Positions 37,650-49,722 are shown, counted from the stretch's first letter. The stretch: 64,000 nucleotides of DNA from Planctomycetaceae bacterium (GCA_041398825.1 JAWKTX010000014.1:77110-141109); one strand, 5' to 3'. Numbers and translations are program-made. Notes: a model not told the origin generated them from the letters alone.

Positions 37650-38916
37650 ATCGAACGGTGTGTACGATGTCATCGTCATTGGAGCCGGAGTTGCCGGTTG
37701 TTTTTCCGCTGCTCTGGCAGCGCGCAGCGGTCTGAGAGTTGCTCTGCTTGAAAAAGAAATCATGCCCCGCCCCAAAGTGTGCGGCGGATGTCTGAACCGG
37801 CGTGCGACGCAGTTGCTGCGTCAGGCAGGAGCCGGAAAGGTTCTGGAACAATCGGATGCGAAGCCATTGCGAAATATGGTGATCTGCCTTGCTGGACGCA
37901 GAGCGACCCTTGCGATGAACGATTCTGTTGTTATCGGTCGGGAACAGTTTGACTTCGCACTGATGAAGCTGGCAGTGGAGGCTGGCGTAGACTTCAGGCA
38001 GGGAGTCATTGCGGAAGTGCTCCCCGAAGAACAGGGCTCGTCCGGGAAGTCTGATCAGGCGATTTCCACCCGATGCGTTCGTATTGTTGCAACTGAACTG
38101 GCGCATCTCCCTTTGCCTGATGGTGGGGACTGTGGCCGGGAAACATCGCTTCGAGGACGAGTTGTGCTTGTCTGTGACGGGCTAAGCCAGTCTTCACTTG
38201 GCAGACTCACGGAATTCCGAACGGATGTCCGTCGCGGATCTCGGATTGGCGCATCCATCGTGTGTGATGCGACGCCGGCGGACGGGCATTTGATGAATGC
38301 AGATTTGCTGATGGCTGTCTGCAGTTCGGGCTACGCAGGAAGTGTCTTTCGAAGCGATGGCCGGGTGAATCTGGCTGTCTCCATGGATGCGGAATTCCTC
38401 CGGCAGCAATCATCCATAGCGCATGCTGCTGCCGCGATCCTGAAGAGCGCCGGAGTTCGCCCACCGGAACGACTGAGTGAGCTGATTAGAAGTCGGGAGA
38501 ACGCGGCGAGCCATGCTGCATGCGATGGCATCTGGGTCAAAGGGACTCCGCCTTTAACACGAAGCAGTCCGCGTCTTTCTGCGGATCGTGTTTTTTTGCT
38601 CGGTGACAGTACAGGCTATGTCGAACCGTTTACGGGCGAAGGGATGGCGTGGGCACTTACAGCCGCATCAGCGGTCCAGCCGGTCATTGCAGACGTCGTT
38701 GCATTTGGCTGGACCCCTCAATCTGAACAACGGTGGAACACCATCTTCTCTGCGTCCGTCGGGCGTTCCCAGAGCCTATGCCGCTCACTTTCGAACAACC
38801 TGCGTCGAAAATGGCTTCTGCACCCGATGATGACGCTGTGCCAGTTATTTCCGTTTGCCGCTCAGTCACTTGTCAAGAGAATGAACCGCATGCCTGCCAT
38901 GCTGGAGCAATCATGA
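37639..38916 (+). CDS. FAD-dependent oxidoreductase/monooxygenase (geranylgeranyl-reductase-like fold)
   Basis: The 425-aa ORF has the N-terminal dinucleotide fold YDVIVIGAGVAGCFSAALAARSGLRVALLEKE and a later GD motif (FLLGDSTGYVEPFTGEGM). It overlaps the upstream gene by 11 nt. Confidence 0.85.
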   Translation: MNHESNGVYDVIVIGAGVAGCFSAALAARSGLRVALLEKEIMPRPKVCGGCLNRRATQLLRQAGAGKVLEQSDAKPLRNMVICLAGRRATLAMNDSVVIGREQFDFALMKLAVEAGVDFRQGVIAEVLPEEQGSSGKSDQAISTRCVRIVATELAHLPLPDGGDCGRETSLRGRVVLVCDGLSQSSLGRLTEFRTDVRRGSRIGASIVCDATPADGHLMNADLLMAVCSSGYAGSVFRSDGRVNLAVSMDAEFLRQQSSIAHAAAAILKSAGVRPPERLSELIRSRENAASHAACDGIWVKGTPPLTRSSPRLSADRVFLLGDSTGYVEPFTGEGMAWALTAASAVQPVIADVVAFGWTPQSEQRWNTIFSASVGRSQSLCRSLSNNLRRKWLLHPMMTLCQLFPFAAQSLVKRMNRMPAMLEQS

Positions 38917-40073
38917 ACAGACCCTTCCGGATTCTTGGTCTCGGAACCGCACTGCCAACCCACCATATTGTTCAGACAGAGGCTGCTTCGTTTGCGGAAA
39001 CGTGCCTTGCGGGTCAGGGGGGCGAGGCCCGACGATCATCCACTCTGGTTCAGGCGTTGTACCGTCGCTCGGGTGTAAAGACGCGACACAGCGTCGTTTT
39101 GAATTCGTCCACAAACGGCACCGCTGCGACCCAGGATTTTTACTGGCCGTCAGACACGGAACAGGACCTGGGGCCGGGGACCGCGGCACGTATGTTGCGG
39201 TACGAAACCGAATCTCCACTCCTGGCCCACGATGCAGCATCGCGTGCGATGGAAGAAAGCGGCGTTCGTGCAGATCAGGTAACCCACCTGGTCACGGTTT
39301 CGTGCAGTGGATTTTCGGCGCCAGGTTTTGATTTATCGCTCATCGATTCGCTTGGTTTGTCGCCGCGCACTGCGCGTACACATGTTGGCTTCATGGGATG
39401 CCATGGAGCGTTGAATGGCCTTCGTGTGGCCGCGGCGTTTGCCAGTTCTGATCCGAATGCTGTCGTTCTGGTTTGTGCGGTAGAGATTTGCACACTGCAC
39501 CATCAGTACGGATGGGACCCTCAACGTATCGTTGCAAATTCGCTGTTTGCAGATGGTGCCGCAGCCGTTGTGGGTCGTGCCGCAGACAGTAAACATACGT
39601 CTTCGTCGGACGAGACATCCGAATCAGGGGGACACGCGACAGGGCCATCCCTCGCGGTGATCGCGCATGACTGTTGCGTGATCCCTGACACTCGGGAAAT
39701 GATGACCTGGCGCATTGCCGATCATGGGTTTCAGATGTCGCTTTCTCCGGAAGTGCCCGATGTTATTACTCGCCAGTTGGCTCCCGTACTGATCGCTTTT
39801 CTGGCCAGGCACCAACTGACGATCGAGCAGGTAGGAAGCTGGGCAGTTCATCCAGGTGGGCCGCGAATCCTGAAGGCTGTTGCAGATGTGGCTGGGCTGA
39901 CCGATGAGCAGCTGGCCCCTTCACTGGGAATTCTGGAGCGATGCGGCAACATGAGTTCGCCCACCGTTCTGTTTATCATTGACGAATTGCGTCGTCGGTC
40001 CGCGCCAATGCCCTGCGTTGTGATGGGATTTGGTCCGGGACTGAACGTCGAAATCGCCCTGATCAACCACTGA
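38913..40073 (+). CDS. type III polyketide synthase (chalcone-synthase-like)
   Basis: The N-terminus MNRPFRILGLGTALP is present. The Cys-His-Asn triad contexts are VSCSGFSAPG, WAVHPGGPRIL and CGNMSSPTVLF. The ATG at 38913 overlaps the upstream stop (ATGA). The longer track ORF from 38733 is an out-of-gene extension. Confidence 0.9.
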   Translation: MNRPFRILGLGTALPTHHIVQTEAASFAETCLAGQGGEARRSSTLVQALYRRSGVKTRHSVVLNSSTNGTAATQDFYWPSDTEQDLGPGTAARMLRYETESPLLAHDAASRAMEESGVRADQVTHLVTVSCSGFSAPGFDLSLIDSLGLSPRTARTHVGFMGCHGALNGLRVAAAFASSDPNAVVLVCAVEICTLHHQYGWDPQRIVANSLFADGAAAVVGRAADSKHTSSSDETSESGGHATGPSLAVIAHDCCVIPDTREMMTWRIADHGFQMSLSPEVPDVITRQLAPVLIAFLARHQLTIEQVGSWAVHPGGPRILKAVADVAGLTDEQLAPSLGILERCGNMSSPTVLFIIDELRRRSAPMPCVVMGFGPGLNVEIALINH

Positions 40074-40138
40074 GATCAACCACTGAGATCAACCACTGAG
40101 ATCAACCACTGAGATCAACCGCTGAGATCAACCGCTGA
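40061..40138. repeat. 13-bp tandem repeat x6 (4x gatcaaccactga + 2x gatcaaccgctga)
   Basis: Read directly from the sequence. Unit boundaries are 40061, 40074, 40087, 40100, 40113 and 40126. The first unit supplies the PKS stop codon and the last unit supplies the stop of the convergent SLC13 gene. Confidence 0.95.
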
Positions 40139-42014
40139 ATGGGAACAACATCGGAATCAGGATTGTGGCGGTTAGCCACAGCAGAGTGTTCAGTGGCAGT
40201 CCGACTCGCAGGAAGTCGCTGAAACGGTAACCGCCGGGCCCGTAAACCATCATGTTTGTCTGATAGCCGATCGGCGTTGCGAAACTGGCAGACGCCGCAA
40301 ACATCAGAGCGATCAGGAAAGGCCGCGGGCTGACTTCCAGCAGTCTGGCAGTTTCCAGGCAAAGTGGAAACATCAGTGAAGCGACCGCATTGTTGGAAAC
40401 CATTTCCGTCAGGATGGATGCGATCAGATAGAAACAGATGAGCGCCGCTACGGGCCCGAATGATTCGGTGGCTTTGACCAGGGTTTGAGCGACCGCCGCA
40501 GCGGCCCCGGAATTTCGCAGTGCGTCGCCCACGGCAAATGAAGCAGCAATGGTGATCAGTACCTGCCACTCGACACTTCGTCGAGCATCGCCCGATGAAA
40601 GACAGCCGGTCACTACAACCGCGCTTGCGATCAGCAGAGCGGCAACGGCCGTGTCAACCAGTCCGGTCGTCATCAGAATCAAAAGAATGGCAAACAGGCT
40701 GAGCGCGATCCAGGCGCGATCGCTTCGAAGTGGCCGCCAGTCTTCCACGCTGCTGACCAGATAGAAATCCGTACTGTTTCGGTTCGCTCGAATGAAGTGG
40801 GGACGCGTTTGCATGAGCAGTGTATCGCCCGGGCGCAGTTCGATGTCGCCCACTTTGTTTGTCAGGCGAGCTGCGTTTCGATGGACGGCAAGCACCGCTG
40901 CATTGTAGGTCGCCCGGAAATCCGCTTCCCGAATCGTCTTGCCCACCAGCGGCGACGTTTCGGAGACGACGGCTTCCACCAGTTGCCGTCGGCGTTGCTG
41001 ACCGGGAGAAACCTGATACTCAGGATCCGCCGCAGGCAACAGGCCACCGATCCGTTCAAGTTCAACAATGCTCGAGACGACTCCTGTAAAGACCAGCCTG
41101 TCACCAGCGACCAGCATTTCTTCCGGACTCACCGGTGCGATGATGCGACCTTCCCGATCGATCTCAATCAGAAACAGTCCTGGCAGGTGACGGAGGTTGG
41201 CCTGTTCGACGGATTGCCCAATCAATCTGCATTCGGGCTGGACCATCATTTCGACGAGGTATTCGCGACGCGAATCGCCCAGTTGTTCCAGCAGTTCCTT
41301 TCGCTCGGGCAGCAGGCGTGTTCCCAGCAGCAGCAGATATCCCATGCCAATCAAAGCATAGGGGATCCCAATCACAGAGATCTCGAACAAGCCCAGTGGT
41401 TTCAGTCCTTCGCGGAATCGCTTTGCTGCAATGGACTCAGGGGCGGGTTGTGAATCCGATGACTGTGTGTCTGAGTTGATCTGATCTGGCTGCTGTTCCT
41501 GCAGCAATGCATATTCGTCCCGAATCTTCCCATCGATCAACAGATTTGTACTGGTGCCAATCAGAGTGCAGGTACCACCAAGGATTGCCATGTAAGAAAT
41601 AGGGATCAGCAGTTTTGATGGAGAGATGTTTCGGCGGCGACACCATTCGATCACGATGGGCATCATCATCGCAACGATGGGGGTGTTGTTCAGAAACCCG
41701 GACAGCGGCACAATCAGGAAAGACAGACGCGCGATCGCGCGGCGCTGTGAACGAACGCTGCCCAGTACTCGCTGACCGATAAAGTCAAGAAGTCCGGTTT
41801 CCCGCAAAGCAGCCGAAATGATGAACATTCCTGCGACCGTCAACATGCCGGGGTTCGCAAATCCTTTGGTAACCTCAGCCGGCGAAATGATGCCAGCTAC
41901 GGAAAGCACGGCCGCCGCAAATACAAAAACAACATCCGGCGTAGCCCAGTCCCGTACAAGCGCGATAAATACCATCAGTGTGGTAATGAGCGTGAACCAA
42001 GCTTCCCAACCCAT
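40128..42014 (-). CDS. SLC13/DASS-family anion permease with two central TrkA-C (RCK_C) domains
   Basis: The 628-aa ORF has polytopic N- and C-terminal halves flanking two RCK_C-like repeats (...VQPECRLIGQSVEQANLR...VAGDRLVFTG and ...VSETSPLVGKTIREADFR...RPGDTLLMQ). Confidence 0.85.
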   Translation of the reverse strand: MGWEAWFTLITTLMVFIALVRDWATPDVVFVFAAAVLSVAGIISPAEVTKGFANPGMLTVAGMFIISAALRETGLLDFIGQRVLGSVRSQRRAIARLSFLIVPLSGFLNNTPIVAMMMPIVIEWCRRRNISPSKLLIPISYMAILGGTCTLIGTSTNLLIDGKIRDEYALLQEQQPDQINSDTQSSDSQPAPESIAAKRFREGLKPLGLFEISVIGIPYALIGMGYLLLLGTRLLPERKELLEQLGDSRREYLVEMMVQPECRLIGQSVEQANLRHLPGLFLIEIDREGRIIAPVSPEEMLVAGDRLVFTGVVSSIVELERIGGLLPAADPEYQVSPGQQRRRQLVEAVVSETSPLVGKTIREADFRATYNAAVLAVHRNAARLTNKVGDIELRPGDTLLMQTRPHFIRANRNSTDFYLVSSVEDWRPLRSDRAWIALSLFAILLILMTTGLVDTAVAALLIASAVVVTGCLSSGDARRSVEWQVLITIAASFAVGDALRNSGAAAAVAQTLVKATESFGPVAALICFYLIASILTEMVSNNAVASLMFPLCLETARLLEVSPRPFLIALMFAASASFATPIGYQTNMMVYGPGGYRFSDFLRVGLPLNTLLWLTATILIPMLFPFSG

Positions 42015-42533
42015 GATGAATTCTCTTCTTCCCTGTTGGTCAGGGATGCCCGAAACTTTTTCTTGCTGTCGTTCGTGTTAAGCAGGTTGATTCACATCGG
42101 AACACATTCAGGTTCGAGTGAGCAATTGTAAGAATACAGTCCCTGCTCTCTCAGACGTCGGATTACCCGGATTTGTTCTTCACGCCAGCTAGGCACTACC
42201 TGCCCGTGCTGCCAGCGTGGTGAAGCCCCACGATGCCTGCCAAAGCCCTCAATGCAGAGTTCCAAGTGCGGAGATTCACGGAGAACGTCTCCCGGTTTGT
42301 GGTTTCAGATTGTACGACAGGTGTTCATTAGAAGGGAATTGGCCTCATGGGCGGTATCCAATTCGGGATTCGAACCGGGAATTCTACCTGCTGACACAGG
42401 GAGGCGTTGGGGTTAAGATGGCCGGACCTGCCATTACGTCGTGTCTGGCGATGGCAGGAAGATACGACTGATTCGTCCTGTTGTTTCCAGCGGTTGGGAT
42501 GAGTTCATCAATCCGCATTGCGAGAATTCAATC

Positions 42534-43973
42534 ATGTTCCCCAGCTTCATGAACCGCCGCACGTTTCTGGGCCAGGCAGGATTAAGCCCCGGAGCTGCTG
42601 CTCTGGCGGCAATGATGGCCGCAGATTCAAACGTCGGCAAAGGAGCGACCCCCGAATCAGCCGGGTCAGCTGTGGTCGGCCATCAATCGGGATCTCATTT
42701 TCGGGCCCGGGTGAAGCGAGTCATCTTTCTGTGTATGGCAGGTGGTCCGTCGCACCTGGAGACTTTTGACCCAAAGCCGGCACTGGCGAAACTGGATGGT
42801 CAGCCAATGCCCGAATCCTACACGGCAGGCCAGCCTATCGCTCAGTTGCAGGGCCAGGCACTCAAGTGTCTGGGACCTCAGACCCGATTCCGTTCGTGCG
42901 GCCAGAACGGCCTGGAGATCAGTGAATTTCTGCCGTGGCATCAGAAGATGGCAGATGACATTTGCGTCCTGCGGTCGCTGGTGACTGAGCAAATCAACCA
43001 CGACCCGGCCCACACATTCATGAATACCGGGACGGCCATCAGTGGTCGCCCCTCTATGGGATCGTGGGTGAACTACGGACTTGGAAGTGAGGCACAGAAT
43101 CTTCCGGGGTTTGTTGTTATGACCAGTGTTGGAGGGCGAAATCCGCAGCCGATCGCATCACGACAATGGTCTGCTGGATTTCTTCCGGGCCGTTTTCAGG
43201 GTGTGGAGTTCAATTCTACGGGTTCTCCCGTGCACTATCTTGACACGCCCCCGGGTGTCAGCATGGAAAGTCAGCGAAGACTGCTGGATACGGTTCGCGA
43301 GCTCAACCTGCATCGCAATCGCAGCCATCCCAATCCTGAACTGGAAACTCGCGTGAGCGCATACGAGATGGCATTTCAGATGCAGATGTCGGTGCCAGAA
43401 CTGGTTGATATGTCAGATGAACCGAGGCATATTCTGGAAATGTACGGGGCAACTCCAGGAGACGGATCGTATGCATCCAACTGTTTGCTTGCCCGTCGAA
43501 TGGCAGAACGCGGGGTGCGGTTTATTCATCTTTATCATCGCGGCTGGGACCATCACGGAGGATTAGTCCAATACATGAATACCTGTTGCGGCCTGACGGA
43601 TCGACCCACCTGGGCTTTGATTCAGGACTTAAAACAACGCGGCCTGCTCGATGACACTCTGGTTATCTGGGGTGGAGAATTCGGTCGTACACCAATGTTC
43701 CAGGGAAAAGGCGGAGCGGGTCGGGACCATCACATTAAAGGGTTTTCGATGTGGATGGCAGGTGGTGGCATCAAAGGCGGGACCTCTTACGGGGCGACAG
43801 ACGAATTGGGATACAACGCTGTTTCGGATGTTGTACATGTGCGTGATTTACATGCGACAATGCTGTACATGCTTGGCCTGCAGCATGACCGACTGTCTCT
43901 GAAGTATCAGGGGTTGGACATGCGGTTGACAGGTGTCGAACCGGCACGCGTGATTCATGACATTCTGACATAG
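42534..43973 (+). CDS. DUF1501-domain (sulfatase-like) protein with a Tat signal
   Basis: The ORF begins MFPSFMNRRTFLGQAGL with a twin-Arg motif. It contains MAGGPSHLETFDPKP, RGWDHH and WGGEFGRTP, the hallmark DUF1501 motifs. The ATG at 42534 is preferred over the track start at 42441. Confidence 0.88.
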   Translation: MFPSFMNRRTFLGQAGLSPGAAALAAMMAADSNVGKGATPESAGSAVVGHQSGSHFRARVKRVIFLCMAGGPSHLETFDPKPALAKLDGQPMPESYTAGQPIAQLQGQALKCLGPQTRFRSCGQNGLEISEFLPWHQKMADDICVLRSLVTEQINHDPAHTFMNTGTAISGRPSMGSWVNYGLGSEAQNLPGFVVMTSVGGRNPQPIASRQWSAGFLPGRFQGVEFNSTGSPVHYLDTPPGVSMESQRRLLDTVRELNLHRNRSHPNPELETRVSAYEMAFQMQMSVPELVDMSDEPRHILEMYGATPGDGSYASNCLLARRMAERGVRFIHLYHRGWDHHGGLVQYMNTCCGLTDRPTWALIQDLKQRGLLDDTLVIWGGEFGRTPMFQGKGGAGRDHHIKGFSMWMAGGGIKGGTSYGATDELGYNAVSDVVHVRDLHATMLYMLGLQHDRLSLKYQGLDMRLTGVEPARVIHDILT

Positions 43974-43987
43974 ACGTAGTGGAATGA

Positions 43988-45520
43988 ATGAACGGAAGCG
44001 TTGATGTCATGGAATTCTATCCCGTAGCTTTCAGGCATTTTCTCATGACACCTGTTTCTCGCCGCAGCGTTCTGAAATCGGCCATTCAATCCATGACGAC
44101 CGCTGCATCTCTGCCTGCTCTTGCTGTTGCGGGTTCAGGGGTACCTCGAATGCTGTCATCATCGTCGGCCATATCGGCCGTGGTTACAGAAGACGGGATG
44201 GCGGGAGAACGTCCGATGCAGGATGCGGCTGTGTCGGTCATCAATCCACGTGCTCGAGTTCCCGTGTCTTTTATCATTGACGACTCGACGTGCCTGGTAA
44301 ATCTCGCTCATTACGCGATGCCTCAGTTTGCCGAAACGTGGCCTGATCGAAAAGACTATCAAAAGCCATGGTGGACATGGCCTCGTGAAATTCCCGACGC
44401 TTTTGTTCGTAAATTCGGAGAATGGTGCGCGGAGCGAGAGATTAAAGGCAAATACAGCATTGTGCCTCAGCCGGCCTGTGTGGGATGGGTGGATCGTGAA
44501 TTGCCCGGCTGGTCTCACAAGCAGCTCGAATCCAGCCTGGATCTTGTCCGGACGCTGATGCTGCCCAACTGGGATATTCATCCGGAAATGGCTACCCATA
44601 CCCGAGTGATTGACGTGAGGACAGGCCGACCGTTTCCGGATCGCGGCGAGAACTGGATGGAGAACTGGGGCTGGACCACGGGGAAGTCCGTGGAGCAGTT
44701 GACAGAGTACCTTGCCTATTCCCTGAATATTCTGAAAGAGGCGGGGCTGCCATGCGAAGGTGTAACAACGCCTGGTGGATTTGCTGGTCGTGTGGTTTCC
44801 GAGTTGTCGCAGGCAACATTACGTTCTGTTCGCGAAGTCTTTCGTGCAGAGATTCCGCACTATTTCAAGTTTCTCTACACGGGCGAACAGAGTGTTGTAC
44901 CTCGCGTTGAGTATGCAGCCGGGTTGAATTCGGAGAGACCGGAGTGTGTTGTTTCGGTCATCGGCTGCACGGGTGACTGGTTCGGAGGCTGGGATGGCGA
45001 CGAAGCGGGCGACCCCGACAGATTCATCACTGAGGACTTGCAGACCGGCCGTATGGTGGAAGTCATCGATCGTGGCGAACCGGCGATCATGGTCTGCCAT
45101 TGGCCCGGCATTTATTTCAACGGAACGGAGCACGGATTCAACGTGTTCAGGACCGTGGTCGAACGGATGCATGCTCGATACGACCACCTGCTTTGGATGA
45201 AGCTCAGCGAGATTTCACGCTACTGGGCAGCCAAAGAACTCACCGCGATTCACTTTCAGCAGGAAGAGAACATCACCGCCGGATCGACCCTTCAGTTTCG
45301 TGCTCCTTTTTCCTGCCCGGATTTTACCGTTCAGTGGAAGAGGGACGCGGCATCAACGGTTGGCCGACTGATAGTTCGGACGGACGATTCGAATGTCGAA
45401 CTTCAGCCTGTCAGTGGCCTCCTGAATCTGAGGGCTGGAACGTACCACCAGCATGGTGAAACAGTAACGGCCTGCTTCAACCTGTTCAGGGGGCCGTCAA
45501 CATTGGTCTGTCAGACATAG
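43988..45520 (+). CDS. hypothetical Tat-signal protein (possibly deacetylase/glycoside-hydrolase-like fold)
   Basis: The 510-aa ORF carries the twin-Arg signal TPVSRRSVLKSAI...ALAVAG. It lies 14 nt downstream of the DUF1501 gene. The fold suggestion is weak. An alternative start is M20 at 44045. Confidence 0.55.
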   Translation: MNGSVDVMEFYPVAFRHFLMTPVSRRSVLKSAIQSMTTAASLPALAVAGSGVPRMLSSSSAISAVVTEDGMAGERPMQDAAVSVINPRARVPVSFIIDDSTCLVNLAHYAMPQFAETWPDRKDYQKPWWTWPREIPDAFVRKFGEWCAEREIKGKYSIVPQPACVGWVDRELPGWSHKQLESSLDLVRTLMLPNWDIHPEMATHTRVIDVRTGRPFPDRGENWMENWGWTTGKSVEQLTEYLAYSLNILKEAGLPCEGVTTPGGFAGRVVSELSQATLRSVREVFRAEIPHYFKFLYTGEQSVVPRVEYAAGLNSERPECVVSVIGCTGDWFGGWDGDEAGDPDRFITEDLQTGRMVEVIDRGEPAIMVCHWPGIYFNGTEHGFNVFRTVVERMHARYDHLLWMKLSEISRYWAAKELTAIHFQQEENITAGSTLQFRAPFSCPDFTVQWKRDAASTVGRLIVRTDDSNVELQPVSGLLNLRAGTYHQHGETVTACFNLFRGPSTLVCQT

Positions 45521-45828
45521 TCCATCCGCCGGGAACGTTCGCTTCCCGAGGGATGTCCCGCCGGATGTTCAGGCATCGAAATCGGGCCTTCGGATTTAGC
45601 CTGTTGCCTGCGGCTCAAAGAACGCACCATTTTGAATTCCGGGCGTGTGTGGGTGGGACGAACAGAGTCTCAGTTCACCAAACTCCGGCCTTCGTGGCAG
45701 TCTGCGGACAACGTCGGTTGAGTTAAGAACGAGCGACGGTAAGATCTCGCGGGTCGCAGTTTTCGAGCTTTCTGCCGCCCGAAACGGCCCGGAGTTACAG
45801 TGGACGGGCCAAAGGATCTTACTCGTTC

Positions 45829-46845
45829 ATGAATTCTGACTCTGCCTCTGCTGGCAACCGCCCTGGCCCACGCCTCCAGCATTTTCAGGCTCCTCAGGGT
45901 GATTTGGCAATTCTGCCGGGTTCCGGGAACCCAGTCTTCGCCGGGAAAATTGCGGAAGAACTGGGCGTCAAACTCGTGCCGTGTGAAGCCCAGATTTTCA
46001 GTGAAGGAAACGTCTTCGTTCGAATTCTCGAAAACGTGCGTGGGCGAGATACCTTTGTCATCCAGGGTGTACATCGACCTGTCAATGATAACTTTGTAGA
46101 GCTGCTGTTCTGGATCGACGCGCTCAAGCGGGCCAGCGCGCAGCACATTACCGCGGTCATTCCGTATTTCAGCTATGCGAAGGGGGATAAGAAAGACGAG
46201 CCACGTGTGTCGATCCGCGCTCGTGTTTGTGCCGATGCACTTGAAGCTGCCGGAGCGGATCGGGTGCTCACCATGGATTTACACAGTCCGCAGATTCAGG
46301 GATTCTTTAGCGTGCCTGTTGATCACTTGTACGCTCGCGCTGTGATCTGTGAACATGTGCAAACGCTGGGCATCGATAACCTTGTCGTCTGCAGCCCTGA
46401 TGTTGGCTTTGCAAAATCTGCGTCGGCCTATGCGAAGATTCTGGGTGTGCCGGTTGTCATTGGCAACAAAGAACGCAAGGATCACAGTGAACGAGCGGAA
46501 GTGCTGGAAGTAATCGGTTCGGTCGAAGGACGCAATGTGCTGATGGTGGATGATTTTACCATCACAGGCGGCTCGCTCTGCAGTATGGCGGGCGTCCTGA
46601 AAGCACGGGGGGCGAAAGACATTTACGCTGCCGTTTCACACGGAGTGCTTTCGAAAGGAGCGGTTGCCCGCATTGAGGCCAGTGAAATTCGAAAGCTGTT
46701 CATGACGGACACGATCGAGCCCAGCGACGAGCCACTTGGCGATCGCATTGAAATTATCAGTGTCGCACCGCTGTTCGCGCAGGCGATTCGATCGATTCAC
46801 GATCGAACAAGCGTCAGCATGCTGTTTCCGGATGGAACCAGCTAA
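45829..46845 (+). CDS. prs: ribose-phosphate pyrophosphokinase
   Basis: The 338-aa ORF contains GSGNPVFAGKIAEELGV, DLHSPQIQGFF and the PRPP-binding loop LMVDDFTITGGSL. Confidence 0.92.
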   Translation: MNSDSASAGNRPGPRLQHFQAPQGDLAILPGSGNPVFAGKIAEELGVKLVPCEAQIFSEGNVFVRILENVRGRDTFVIQGVHRPVNDNFVELLFWIDALKRASAQHITAVIPYFSYAKGDKKDEPRVSIRARVCADALEAAGADRVLTMDLHSPQIQGFFSVPVDHLYARAVICEHVQTLGIDNLVVCSPDVGFAKSASAYAKILGVPVVIGNKERKDHSERAEVLEVIGSVEGRNVLMVDDFTITGGSLCSMAGVLKARGAKDIYAAVSHGVLSKGAVARIEASEIRKLFMTDTIEPSDEPLGDRIEIISVAPLFAQAIRSIHDRTSVSMLFPDGTS

Positions 46846-46905
46846 CGGCGTGTTGCAGGACGTTCTCCCCTCCCACTGGCATTTGTTTACATGTGATCTT
46901 CTGTT

Positions 46906-49542
<2,637 letters not shown>

Positions 49543-49722
49543 CAGGAAAGAACACCCACACCCCAAGGTACACTGGACGTGCCAGTGGGATTCGGCGAGT
49601 TGCACCAGCAAATCGCAGTTGATGCATCCTCAGGCAGATCCAGATCATCACCACCGAACGTATCCGTAATGTGGACCGACCGCCCAGTGTTGGAGACCAT
49701 CGCAGGAATTGTCTGTTGGGAA

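Noticed and set aside
38733-38912. N-terminal 60-aa extension of the type III PKS ORF in the track
   Set aside because: The extension overlaps the 3' end of the FAD-oxidoreductase gene in another frame. The ATG at 38913 gives the canonical PKS N-terminus (MNRPFRILGLG) and an ATGA stop/start overlap.
40061-40138. Possible CRISPR array or phase-variation switch
   Set aside because: The units are contiguous 13-mers with no spacers, so the array is not CRISPR. Both flanking genes hit a stop within the first repeat unit they enter, so copy-number change cannot shift either reading frame. I kept it as a repeat finding only.
42330-42385. tRNA-like fragment (gggattcgaaccggg) and a 7-bp hairpin (gaattgg...ccaattc) in the 520-bp SLC13/DUF1501 intergenic region
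   Set aside because: The flanks of the ttcgaa core are not complementary, so there is no T-stem. No acceptor or anticodon arms can be drawn. The resemblance to a tRNA T-loop appears coincidental.
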